From: an uncultured Bacteroidales bacterium
Lineage (GTDB): Bacteria > Bacteroidota > Bacteroidia > Bacteroidales > Paludibacteraceae
Assembly: GCA_937901025.1 (NCBI GenBank)
Contig: CALCGR010000151.1
Coordinates: forward strand, 2,714-66,713
DNA length: 64,000 bases
Reading direction: 5' to 3'
Each line of letters opens with the position of its first letter. Positions within the stretch are counted from its first letter, which is position 1. This document shows positions 55,384 to 63,145 of this stretch, one piece after another. Below the pieces are notes generated by a model, which was not told the origin of the DNA, made no database searches, and saw only the letters and a program-made list of their open reading frames with translations. The position numbers and the translations under genes were made by a program.

Positions 55384-56487
55384 ATGAAAAAGCTTTTTAT
55401 TACTGCTTTAGCAGCACTGACACTAGTCGCTTGCGCCACCAAAGAAAACAATTTCAAGGTTCATCGTGGAACGAACCTCAGTCACTGGCTCTCTCAATCC
55501 GAAGTACGTGGAGAGGAACGTGCCAAACACATCCAAGAGGATGATATGGTTCGTCTCGAGTCCCTCGGGTTTGACTTTGTGCGTATCCCTATTGACGAAG
55601 TACAGATGTGGGACGAGGACGGCAATCAACTACCCGAAGCATGGGACTTACTCACCAACGGTATCGACCTTGCTATCAAGCACAACCTGCGTGTAGTTGT
55701 GGATCTGCACATCATTCGCTCACACTATTTCAATGCCGAAAACGAGGATGGTCAATCCGCCAATACCCTCTTTACTTCCGAGGCTTCGCAACAAAGGCTC
55801 ATCGACATGTGGTATGAACTGAGCGAGGTGCTACGCCACTATAGTGTAGATTCTGTGGCATACGAGTTCATGAACGAACCTGTAGCTCCTGAGCACGAAC
55901 AATGGAATCAACTGATTGCGAAGGTTCATAAAGCGTTGCGCGAAGTAGAGCCTCAACGGACACTCGTCATCGGTTCTAACTTATGGCAAGGAGTAGGGAC
56001 TTTTCAATATTTGAAGGTTCCCGAGAACGATAAGAACATCATCCTCTCTTTCCATTTCTATGAGCCGATGGTACTGACCCATTATAACACTTGGTGGAAT
56101 CCCATCCGTTTCTATACCGGTGACGTCCATTACCCGGGACAACTCATCTCTGACGAGGATTGGAATGCTTGTCCGGACGAGGTCAAACCAACCGTAGCCG
56201 ATTATCATCAAGAGTGGAACGAGGAAGTGCTCTATCAACGAATGAAACAGGCTATTGATGTGGCTGATTCGTTGGGTTTGCAACTCTTCTGTGGTGAATG
56301 GGGTGTTTATGAGAATGTCGATCGTGATTGGGCGTATGCTTGGACGCGCGATATGATTAAAGTTTTTAACCGCTTTAATGTGGCTTGGTGCACTTGGTGT
56401 TACGATGCCGATTTCGGCTTCTATGACCAGTTCAAAGAGGACTATAAAGATCGTGAACTTATCAATATCTTAATGGAAAAAGAATAA
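55384..56487 (+). CDS. GH5 family glycosidase (cellulase/mannanase type, lipoprotein)
   Basis: Lipobox [44 protein letters not shown]. Confidence 0.8.
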   Translation: MKKLFITALAALTLVACATKENNFKVHRGTNLSHWLSQSEVRGEERAKHIQEDDMVRLESLGFDFVRIPIDEVQMWDEDGNQLPEAWDLLTNGIDLAIKHNLRVVVDLHIIRSHYFNAENEDGQSANTLFTSEASQQRLIDMWYELSEVLRHYSVDSVAYEFMNEPVAPEHEQWNQLIAKVHKALREVEPQRTLVIGSNLWQGVGTFQYLKVPENDKNIILSFHFYEPMVLTHYNTWWNPIRFYTGDVHYPGQLISDEDWNACPDEVKPTVADYHQEWNEEVLYQRMKQAIDVADSLGLQLFCGEWGVYENVDRDWAYAWTRDMIKVFNRFNVAWCTWCYDADFGFYDQFKEDYKDRELINILMEKE

Positions 56488-57647
56488 TGACTTTTATTGA
56501 ACGCAAACAATGGCTTGAGCAGCAGCACGCTGCGCTTATTAATCGCCCAAACGAGGCACAGCCCTCATTCAGCGGTATTTATACGCGTTATAAATATCCT
56601 GTACTCACCGACGAACATGCGCCCCTGACGTGGCGCTTCGACTTCAACGAGCAGCGTAACCCTTTCCTCATGGAACGTATCGGCGTTCACGCGGCTTTTA
56701 ATGCGGGCGCTATCTACCTCAATGGTAAATACTACGTCGTGGCTCGCGTCGAAGGTAACGACCGCAAGTCGTTCTTCGCAGTTGCTGAGTCCGATAATGG
56801 TATTGATGGCTTCCGCTTTTGGCCGGAACCTATTGTAATGCCAGAGTTCGGTGAACCCGCTACGAATATCTATGATATGCGTCTCACCAAACACGAGGAC
56901 GGATGGATATATGGTCTTTTCTGTGTGGAAAGACACGATGACTCGCAACCCAATGACCTCAGTGCCGCTACCGCCGCTTGCGGTATCGCTCGTACTCACG
57001 ACCTCAAGACTTGGGAACGGCTGCCCGACCTCATTGCCTCAACCCAACAGCGCAACGTCGTCCTCCATCCTGAGTTTGTCAATGGTAAGTATGCCCTCTA
57101 TACCCGTCCGCAGGACGGCTTCATCGATACCGGTAAAGGCGGAGGAATAGGGTGGGCATTAGTGGACGATATCACCCATGCTGAAATAAAAGAGGAGACC
57201 ATCATCGATCATCGTTATTACCATACGATAAAAGAAGTGAAGAACGGCGAAGGACCGCATCCTATCAAAACCCTGCAAGGGTGGCTTCACCTTGCCCACG
57301 GCGTACGCGGTTGCGCTTCAGGCTTACGCTATGTGCTATACCTCTATATGACCGCTCTTGATGAGCCTTGGAAACCCATCGCTCAACCCGGAGGGTTCTT
57401 TATGGCCCCCGAAAAGGAAGAGTATATCGGCGATGTGATGAACGTGTTGTTCTCCAATGGTTGGATAGTAAACGAAAAAGGCGAAGTATTCATCTACTAC
57501 GCCTCCTCGGATACCCGGTTACATGTAGCCACCACTACGGTGAACCAACTTGTAGATTATTGTTTACACACACCTGCCGATGGCTTTACTACCGGTGCCA
57601 GCGTAAAAGCGATACGTAATCTTATCGCTTCAAATACGGTGCAATAA
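56487..57647 (+). CDS. GH130 4-O-beta-D-mannosyl-D-glucose phosphorylase type
   Basis: [91 protein letters not shown] and [10 protein letters not shown] closely resemble the Bacteroides fragilis enzyme as I remember it. Confidence 0.9.
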   Translation: MTFIERKQWLEQQHAALINRPNEAQPSFSGIYTRYKYPVLTDEHAPLTWRFDFNEQRNPFLMERIGVHAAFNAGAIYLNGKYYVVARVEGNDRKSFFAVAESDNGIDGFRFWPEPIVMPEFGEPATNIYDMRLTKHEDGWIYGLFCVERHDDSQPNDLSAATAACGIARTHDLKTWERLPDLIASTQQRNVVLHPEFVNGKYALYTRPQDGFIDTGKGGGIGWALVDDITHAEIKEETIIDHRYYHTIKEVKNGEGPHPIKTLQGWLHLAHGVRGCASGLRYVLYLYMTALDEPWKPIAQPGGFFMAPEKEEYIGDVMNVLFSNGWIVNEKGEVFIYYASSDTRLHVATTTVNQLVDYCLHTPADGFTTGASVKAIRNLIASNTVQ

Positions 57648-58182
57648 GCTCATCCAACTGCTGAAAAGCACGGGTGAGGTCGTCGTTGATGAGTTGTACA
57701 TCAAACGCCTTAGCGTCTGCCATCTCAATGGTGGCTTTCGCGAGGCGTTTTTGTATCATCTCCTCCGAGGTGTCGCCACGGCTATGCAAGCGTCGAGACA
57801 ATTCGTCTATACTCGGCGGGCATACAAAGATAGATAGCGCTTTATCCCCGAAGATTTGTTCGAGGTGAATACCGCCCTTGACATCGACATCAAAGATAGG
57901 GATGGCACCTTTACTCTCTATGCGGTCAATCTCTGAATAGAGGGTACCATAATAAAGTCCTTCGTATACTTGTTCGTGCTCGATGAAGGCTCCTTCCTGT
58001 ATCTTTTGTTCAAACGCTTCACGGGAGATGAAGTAGTATTCGCGACCGTCCACTTCCTGTCCGCGTGGAGGACGCGTAGTGCAGGATACGGAGAGTTCAA
58101 AACGTCCGGGATAGGTAGATAGTAAATGTCGTACCATAGTGGATTTCCCGCTACCACTAGGTGCACAAATAATGATTAGCAT
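57622..58182 (-). CDS. gmk: Guanylate kinase
   Basis: P-loop [28 protein letters not shown]. Convergent 26-nt overlap with the GH130 3' end. Confidence 0.92.
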   Translation of the reverse strand: MLIIICAPSGSGKSTMVRHLLSTYPGRFELSVSCTTRPPRGQEVDGREYYFISREAFEQKIQEGAFIEHEQVYEGLYYGTLYSEIDRIESKGAIPIFDVDVKGGIHLEQIFGDKALSIFVCPPSIDELSRRLHSRGDTSEEMIQKRLAKATIEMADAKAFDVQLINDDLTRAFQQLDELIAPYLKR

Positions 58183-58183
58183 A

Positions 58184-59701
58184 CTAAAACTCTAACATAA
58201 CGATACTATAAGCCGGCAAAGTAATGGAAAGACCTTTATAGTTCTTGAAAGTTCTAGGTTCTACTGCGTTTGGTTGATCAAACGTATTTGTGGTGTGTAT
58301 ATCCTCTGCGGTCAGCACTTGAGCCGATTTAATCTTACCTTGGATACCTCGTAGTGTCACCGTCTGCGTCTTCTTGATGTCCGTATTGATGAGGGCCACG
58401 TGTGTTCGACCTTCTTTTTTAGAAGCAGTAACTGCTATAGCGGGTACTTGTCCGTCGGGTAAGTTAGTAAACGAATTATTTTCTATTGTCGTCGGAATCC
58501 ATGTGGCATCTTTGTGTACCTTAAACATGTTAAACACGTGATATGTAGGGGTCAAAAGCATGCGCTCTCCTTCGGTGAGAATCATTGCTTGTAATACGTT
58601 TATGGCTTGGGCGATATTCGCCATTGTAATGCGATAACTGTATTGATGGAAAATAGAGAACGATAATGCCGCTACTAATGCATCACGCATGGTGGCTTGT
58701 TGATAGAGGTGACCAGGATTAGTGCCGGGTTCTACATCGTACCACGTCCCCCATTCATCTATGATGAGATCAATATGTCGCGCTGTATCGTAACGGTCCA
58801 TAATAGCAATCGTTCGATTAATAAAATCCTCTATTTGGAGAGCTTTGAGTAGTGTTGTATAATATTCATTTTCGTCAAACATTGTGGACGAACCATGATG
58901 GTTCCAGTCTTGAGGAACGGTGTAGTAATGTAGCGAATAACCATCCATCATCGTTCCCACTTTTCGCATCAGGGTTTCTGTCCAATCATAATCGCCTGTC
59001 ACTCCTCCGCAAGCCACTTTGTATAGGTGACCATTATAATTACGCGTATAGGTAGAGTAACGACGGAAGAGATCACTATAATAATCGGCGGTCATGTTGC
59101 CTCCGCAACCCCAAGCTTCGTTACCAATACCGAGGTATCGAACATCCCATGCGTTTTCGCGTCCGTTACTGCGACGCAGATTAACGATAGTGCTTTGGCT
59201 ATTAGAAGTCATGTATTCCACCCATTTGGCTAACTCTTCTGGGGTGCCACTACCAATGTTTCCGCTGATATAAGGTTTCGCTCCCACCATCTCGCAGAAA
59301 TTGAGGAACTCATGCGTGCCGAAACTATTATCCTCCATCGTTCCTCCCCAGTTGTTGTTGCTTATGAGTGTACGTTGTTCTTGAGGTCCAATGCCGTCCA
59401 TCCAATGATAGTCATCTGCAAAACATCCTCCCGGCCAACGCAAAACGGGTATCTCTAATGTACGTAATGCCTCTATTACATCTAACCGATAACCATCTTG
59501 ATTAGGAATGGTCGAGTTTGGACCGACCCATATTCCTTCGTAAATACAGCGACCTAGATGCTCTGAAAACTGACCATAGATGTCCGCTGCAATTGTTTGA
59601 TTAGATGAGGGTTGAAGGGTGACAACGACTTGAGCTTGTGTCTCAAAACAACTCGAAATGATGATGCATGAGATTAGAAAGGAATAAATTGACTGTTTCA
59701 T
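58184..59701 (-). CDS. GH51 alpha-L-arabinofuranosidase
   Basis: IYGQFSEHLGRCIYEGIWVG, LRWPGGCFADDYHWMDGIGP, LGIGNEAWGCGG, signal peptide. Confidence 0.88.
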   Translation of the reverse strand: MKQSIYSFLISCIIISSCFETQAQVVVTLQPSSNQTIAADIYGQFSEHLGRCIYEGIWVGPNSTIPNQDGYRLDVIEALRTLEIPVLRWPGGCFADDYHWMDGIGPQEQRTLISNNNWGGTMEDNSFGTHEFLNFCEMVGAKPYISGNIGSGTPEELAKWVEYMTSNSQSTIVNLRRSNGRENAWDVRYLGIGNEAWGCGGNMTADYYSDLFRRYSTYTRNYNGHLYKVACGGVTGDYDWTETLMRKVGTMMDGYSLHYYTVPQDWNHHGSSTMFDENEYYTTLLKALQIEDFINRTIAIMDRYDTARHIDLIIDEWGTWYDVEPGTNPGHLYQQATMRDALVAALSFSIFHQYSYRITMANIAQAINVLQAMILTEGERMLLTPTYHVFNMFKVHKDATWIPTTIENNSFTNLPDGQVPAIAVTASKKEGRTHVALINTDIKKTQTVTLRGIQGKIKSAQVLTAEDIHTTNTFDQPNAVEPRTFKNYKGLSITLPAYSIVMLEF

Positions 59702-59732
59702 AATAAATAATAGTGATTGATATTTTTAGTGT

Positions 59733-60302
59733 TTAGTCGCATAGGGAAAAGAGATCGGCACGAGGGTTGATGAGCATCACGGGAACCTGACTACGCGCGA
59801 TGGCGTGCCGTTCGGGCGGACCGAAAATCAGGTCGTCCAGCCCATATTCCCTACTCGCCGTCAAGATCAGCAGGTCGTTTTTCCATTCAGCTTGCCGCTC
59901 GACCGCCTCTTTGGATAAGTTAAAACTATTTTTCTTAGCCTGCAAGACGCGGTAGCGTATCGGTTCTCCGGTGCGCTGCTTGACCGCCTCTATATGGGTG
60001 ATAATCTTATCGAGGTTCTGCTTGGCCTTGGTACCATAATCGTTCGCCGGGAGCAACAATATCTCCGCTCCCGTCTTACGCGCCAGGTAGGTGCAGATCT
60101 CCGATTTATAAACCTCCTCTTCGAGGAAGGAGACGGGGACGAGGATATGGGAGTAGAGGGGTAGGGGAGTAGAGGAGTAGGGTAGATTCATTGTATCCGT
60201 GATGAACACATACGGACGACGCTCGTCGCGACACTCGTTGAGGTGCCGCTGGATAATCGACGAGCGATTCAGACAGTGAATATATCGTATATCCTCATCC
60301 AT
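59733..60302 (-). CDS. Universal stress protein (UspA) family
   Basis: HILVPVSF.., ..LILTASREYGLDDLIFGPPERHAIARSQVPVMLINP. An alternative start at 60191 (MNLPYSSTPL..) gives a typical 152-aa Usp. Array A4 follows that ATG. Confidence 0.7.
   Translation of the reverse strand: MDEDIRYIHCLNRSSIIQRHLNECRDERRPYVFITDTMNLPYSSTPLPLYSHILVPVSFLEEEVYKSEICTYLARKTGAEILLLPANDYGTKAKQNLDKIITHIEAVKQRTGEPIRYRVLQAKKNSFNLSKEAVERQAEWKNDLLILTASREYGLDDLIFGPPERHAIARSQVPVMLINPRADLFSLCD
60149..60185. repeat. Micro-array family A copy A4, in frame in the usp-like gene
   Basis: gggagtagaggggtaggggagtagaggagtagggtag. The minus-strand gene reads LPYSSTPLPLYS. Its 35-nt core is identical to A5. Confidence 0.9.
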
Positions 60303-61809
60303 GAAGGAACCGTTTCCATTTTCTAAGCAGTTGTTTCAGATATTCAAGGTGGCGCAACTGATGGTACTTTGTCCAACTAACGAAGGCCAAAAGTAAACCT
60401 TGGCAGATAAGACCTGCTACCACATAACCTATCCATCGGTCTTCGGGGTCTAAATCAAACCCTTCCGGTGCGATAAAAATATAACTGACACTCACCATCG
60501 TCATAAACAGGGCGGGGATAAGCGTTAACATATACCCATGCTCTTTCTTATGAGAATAGAGGTACAGCGTAGCAGCCCAAAGGATGAAGACGGAGATCGT
60601 TTGGTTGGTCCAAGAGAAATAGCGCCAAACAATATCGAAGTTAACAAACGCCATTCCAAATACAGCAGCGAACAACGGCAGCGCAATGAGAAGTCGATTG
60701 CGAATGGGTTTTTGGTTAAGGTGCAGGAAGTCCGCTACCGTCAATCGCGCACTGCGTAAGGCGGTATCACCCGAAGTGATAGGAGCAACCACGACACCTA
60801 AGACGGCTAAGAATCCTCCCACTTTGCCAAGCCAAGTCTTACTGATCTTATCCACTACCAATGCGGCAATGTTCTCTCCCGGGTGCTGCGCTGCAAACGC
60901 TTGCAGACCGTCAATACCATACACTCCGTGGATAGGGTCGGCAAAGAATGTGCCTGCGGCAGCCGCCCAGATAAGAGCTAAAATACCTTCCGCCACCATC
61001 GCTCCATAGAAGATCCAACGCCCTTGGCGCTCGTTGGTCAAACAACGTGCCATTAGCGGCGACTGCGTGCTATGGAAACCACTGATAGCACCACAAGCAA
61101 TACTGACGAACATCATGGGGAAGATTGGCATATCGTTGGTTTGACGGTTGTATAAGCCGTCGGTGATTTCCGGCATCTCCATACTATGCCAACCAAGCAT
61201 GATGACCATAATACCAATACCCATAAAGAGCAGCACTGCACCAAAAATAGGATAGAAACGTCCAATCAGTTTATCCACGGGCAGTAAGGTGGCTAAGGTA
61301 TAATACAAGAAGATGATACCTAACCAGATATACCACGAAGGTAGTGGGCACATGCCTTGTAATAGGGTGGCAGGTCCGGTCATGAACGTAGTCGTAAGCA
61401 GTACCAGCAGGACGAGAATGAAAATACGCACCACAAAACCTAACCCCGGGCCAATCTCATCCTTGACAATCTCCGGCATAGAAGCACCATTCTTGCGAAC
61501 GGATAACATTCCTGCCATATAATCGTGAACGCCACCACCAAAGATGGTTCCAAACACAATCCATAGGAAAGCTGCCGGACCAAAGAAAATACCCATGATG
61601 GCACCAAAGATAGGACCTAAACCCGCAATGTTCAAGAACTGAACAAGGAAAATACGCCAACCTGCCATCGGTACATAATCCACTCCGTCAGGATGCGCCA
61701 CGGCAGGCGTCTTGGCAACAGGATTGATTCCAAAGATTTTTTCTACCAACCTTCCATACAAAAAGAAGCCGGCAACAAGAAGAACAAGAGCTATAAGGAA
61801 TGTATACAT
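60295..61809 (-). CDS. cstA: Carbon starvation protein A family transporter
   Basis: Polytopic membrane protein. FGTIFGGGVHDYMAGMLSVR and ..FHSTQSPLMARC.. are typical of CstA. Confidence 0.85.
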   Translation of the reverse strand: MYTFLIALVLLVAGFFLYGRLVEKIFGINPVAKTPAVAHPDGVDYVPMAGWRIFLVQFLNIAGLGPIFGAIMGIFFGPAAFLWIVFGTIFGGGVHDYMAGMLSVRKNGASMPEIVKDEIGPGLGFVVRIFILVLLVLLTTTFMTGPATLLQGMCPLPSWYIWLGIIFLYYTLATLLPVDKLIGRFYPIFGAVLLFMGIGIMVIMLGWHSMEMPEITDGLYNRQTNDMPIFPMMFVSIACGAISGFHSTQSPLMARCLTNERQGRWIFYGAMVAEGILALIWAAAAGTFFADPIHGVYGIDGLQAFAAQHPGENIAALVVDKISKTWLGKVGGFLAVLGVVVAPITSGDTALRSARLTVADFLHLNQKPIRNRLLIALPLFAAVFGMAFVNFDIVWRYFSWTNQTISVFILWAATLYLYSHKKEHGYMLTLIPALFMTMVSVSYIFIAPEGFDLDPEDRWIGYVVAGLICQGLLLAFVSWTKYHQLRHLEYLKQLLRKWKRFLHG

Positions 61810-62678
61810 TGTTGAATAAGTTGTTGAATCGATTCAGAATTAGGAACGAGCGGCAAACGCAAAACGTTATGGATAAGCCCCATCTGACAGAGGACGGTCT
61901 TGATCCCGCTCGGGTTACCCTCTATAAAGAGGTATTTGATGAACTCGTTATAATGCGCTTGCAAGGCTTTGTCCGCGTGTCTAACGATTTGACCAAACGC
62001 CTCGGGATAGGCATTCGACGCTACGGATATCAGTCCGTGCGCTCCTGCCGCCATACCCTCCGCGGCGAGGGCGTCATCGCCGATATATATTTTAAGGGGA
62101 GTAGAGGGGTAGGGGAGTAGAGGAGTAGGGTGGTTCCGCAAGTTAATCAGGTGTTTTATTTGGTCGAGGTTGCCGGAGGCTTCCTTGACTCCCATGATCT
62201 TATCGGGTACGGATTCGTAGATACGCATCACCGTCTCGGGGAGCAGGTTCACGCCCGTGCGCCCGGGCACGTTATATAAGATAATAGGTACGGGACTGAC
62301 CTTGGCAATGGCTACGAAGTGTTGATAGAGTCCTTCTTGAGAGGGTTTATTGTAGTAAGGAGTGACAGTCAAAATGGCCTTGCAATAGTTTAGAGTTGAG
62401 AGTTTAGAGTTTAGAGATTCTATTACTTGTGCCGTGTTATTACCTCCCAGACCGAGGACGAGAGGAAGACGTCCCTTCACTTTGTTCACTACAAAGTCCC
62501 AAACGGCGGTTTTTTCCTCCTCGGTCATCGTAGCCGCCTCCGCGGTCGTACCTAAGACCACAAGGAAATCTACTTTGCCGTCGATTTGTTTTTGTACTAA
62601 GGTGTCCAATCCTTTATAATCCACCGAACCATCGGGGAGAAAAGGAGTAATCAGTGCTGTTCCGAGACCCTGTATCAT
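61791..62678 (-). CDS. dapA: 4-hydroxy-tetrahydrodipicolinate synthase
   Basis: TALITPF, VLGTTAEAATM, VTPYYNKPSQEGLYQHF, LYNVPGRTG, GVKEASGN. Carries arrays A5 and B4 in frame. Confidence 0.92.
   Translation of the reverse strand: MIQGLGTALITPFLPDGSVDYKGLDTLVQKQIDGKVDFLVVLGTTAEAATMTEEEKTAVWDFVVNKVKGRLPLVLGLGGNNTAQVIESLNSKLSTLNYCKAILTVTPYYNKPSQEGLYQHFVAIAKVSPVPIILYNVPGRTGVNLLPETVMRIYESVPDKIMGVKEASGNLDQIKHLINLRNHPTPLLPYPSTPLKIYIGDDALAAEGMAAGAHGLISVASNAYPEAFGQIVRHADKALQAHYNEFIKYLFIEGNPSGIKTVLCQMGLIHNVLRLPLVPNSESIQQLIQQCIHSL
62097..62133. repeat. Micro-array family A copy A5, in frame in dapA
   Basis: ggggagtagaggggtaggggagtagaggagtagggtgg. dapA reads HPTPLLPYPSTPL. Confidence 0.9.
62384..62417. 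repeat. Micro-array family B copy B4 (reverse on +), in frame in dapA
   Basis: The reverse complement tctctaaactctaaactctcaactctaaactatt matches B2 at 32 of 34 positions. Read as SLNSKLSTLNY. Confidence 0.9.
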
Positions 62679-63145
62679 GAGTTGATAATTTTTAAATAAC
62701 GAATGATTTGTTCATAAAGGAAGGAGGCATTCACCTGTTTGGTGACGGCAATCATAAAATCCAAGATGCCGTGGGTGAGTTCCAATCCCGCCTTACAATC
62801 CGCCCGCGCATAGAGGGCCGCATAATGTAAAGGTCGACAAGGTTCCAAGGTGAGGTCGATGAGCAGGTCATAATTCACTTGTTGCAAATCCAACACCTTC
62901 GTCTTATCGGGACAATCGAACAGGTTGACCTCTTTGTCTAAGTCCAGGGTAAAGAGCGTAACCTCCTTGCCCTCCTTCGTCAGGGTTTCCTTGATGCGCA
63001 AGATATCCGCATTAAGCCCGGTAGGGTCCGCCTTATACAGAAGGAGCACATTGCGAATGTCCTTATAGTTCCTCAGCCTTGCTTGCCGCGGGTTTTGTTT
63101 ACGTATCGCCCGCTGTAATAACCAATCTTTTAATTTATCCAACAT
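62675..63145 (-). CDS. Conserved-looking hypothetical protein between ligA and dapA
   Basis: 156-aa ORF with 4-nt and 11-nt overlaps to its neighbours, suggesting translational coupling. No family recognised. Confidence 0.55.
   Translation of the reverse strand: MLDKLKDWLLQRAIRKQNPRQARLRNYKDIRNVLLLYKADPTGLNADILRIKETLTKEGKEVTLFTLDLDKEVNLFDCPDKTKVLDLQQVNYDLLIDLTLEPCRPLHYAALYARADCKAGLELTHGILDFMIAVTKQVNASFLYEQIIRYLKIINS

Noticed and set aside
12830-58182. The idea that yicC (12830-13765, +) and gmk (57622-58182, -), which are adjacent in many Bacteroidales as I recall, were separated by a 44-kb inversion or insertion
   Set aside because: There are no inverted repeats, recombinase genes or breakpoint scars at either end. 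gmk is only 1 nt from the GH51 stop, so the junction looks old and co-transcribed. The synteny expectation comes from memory only.
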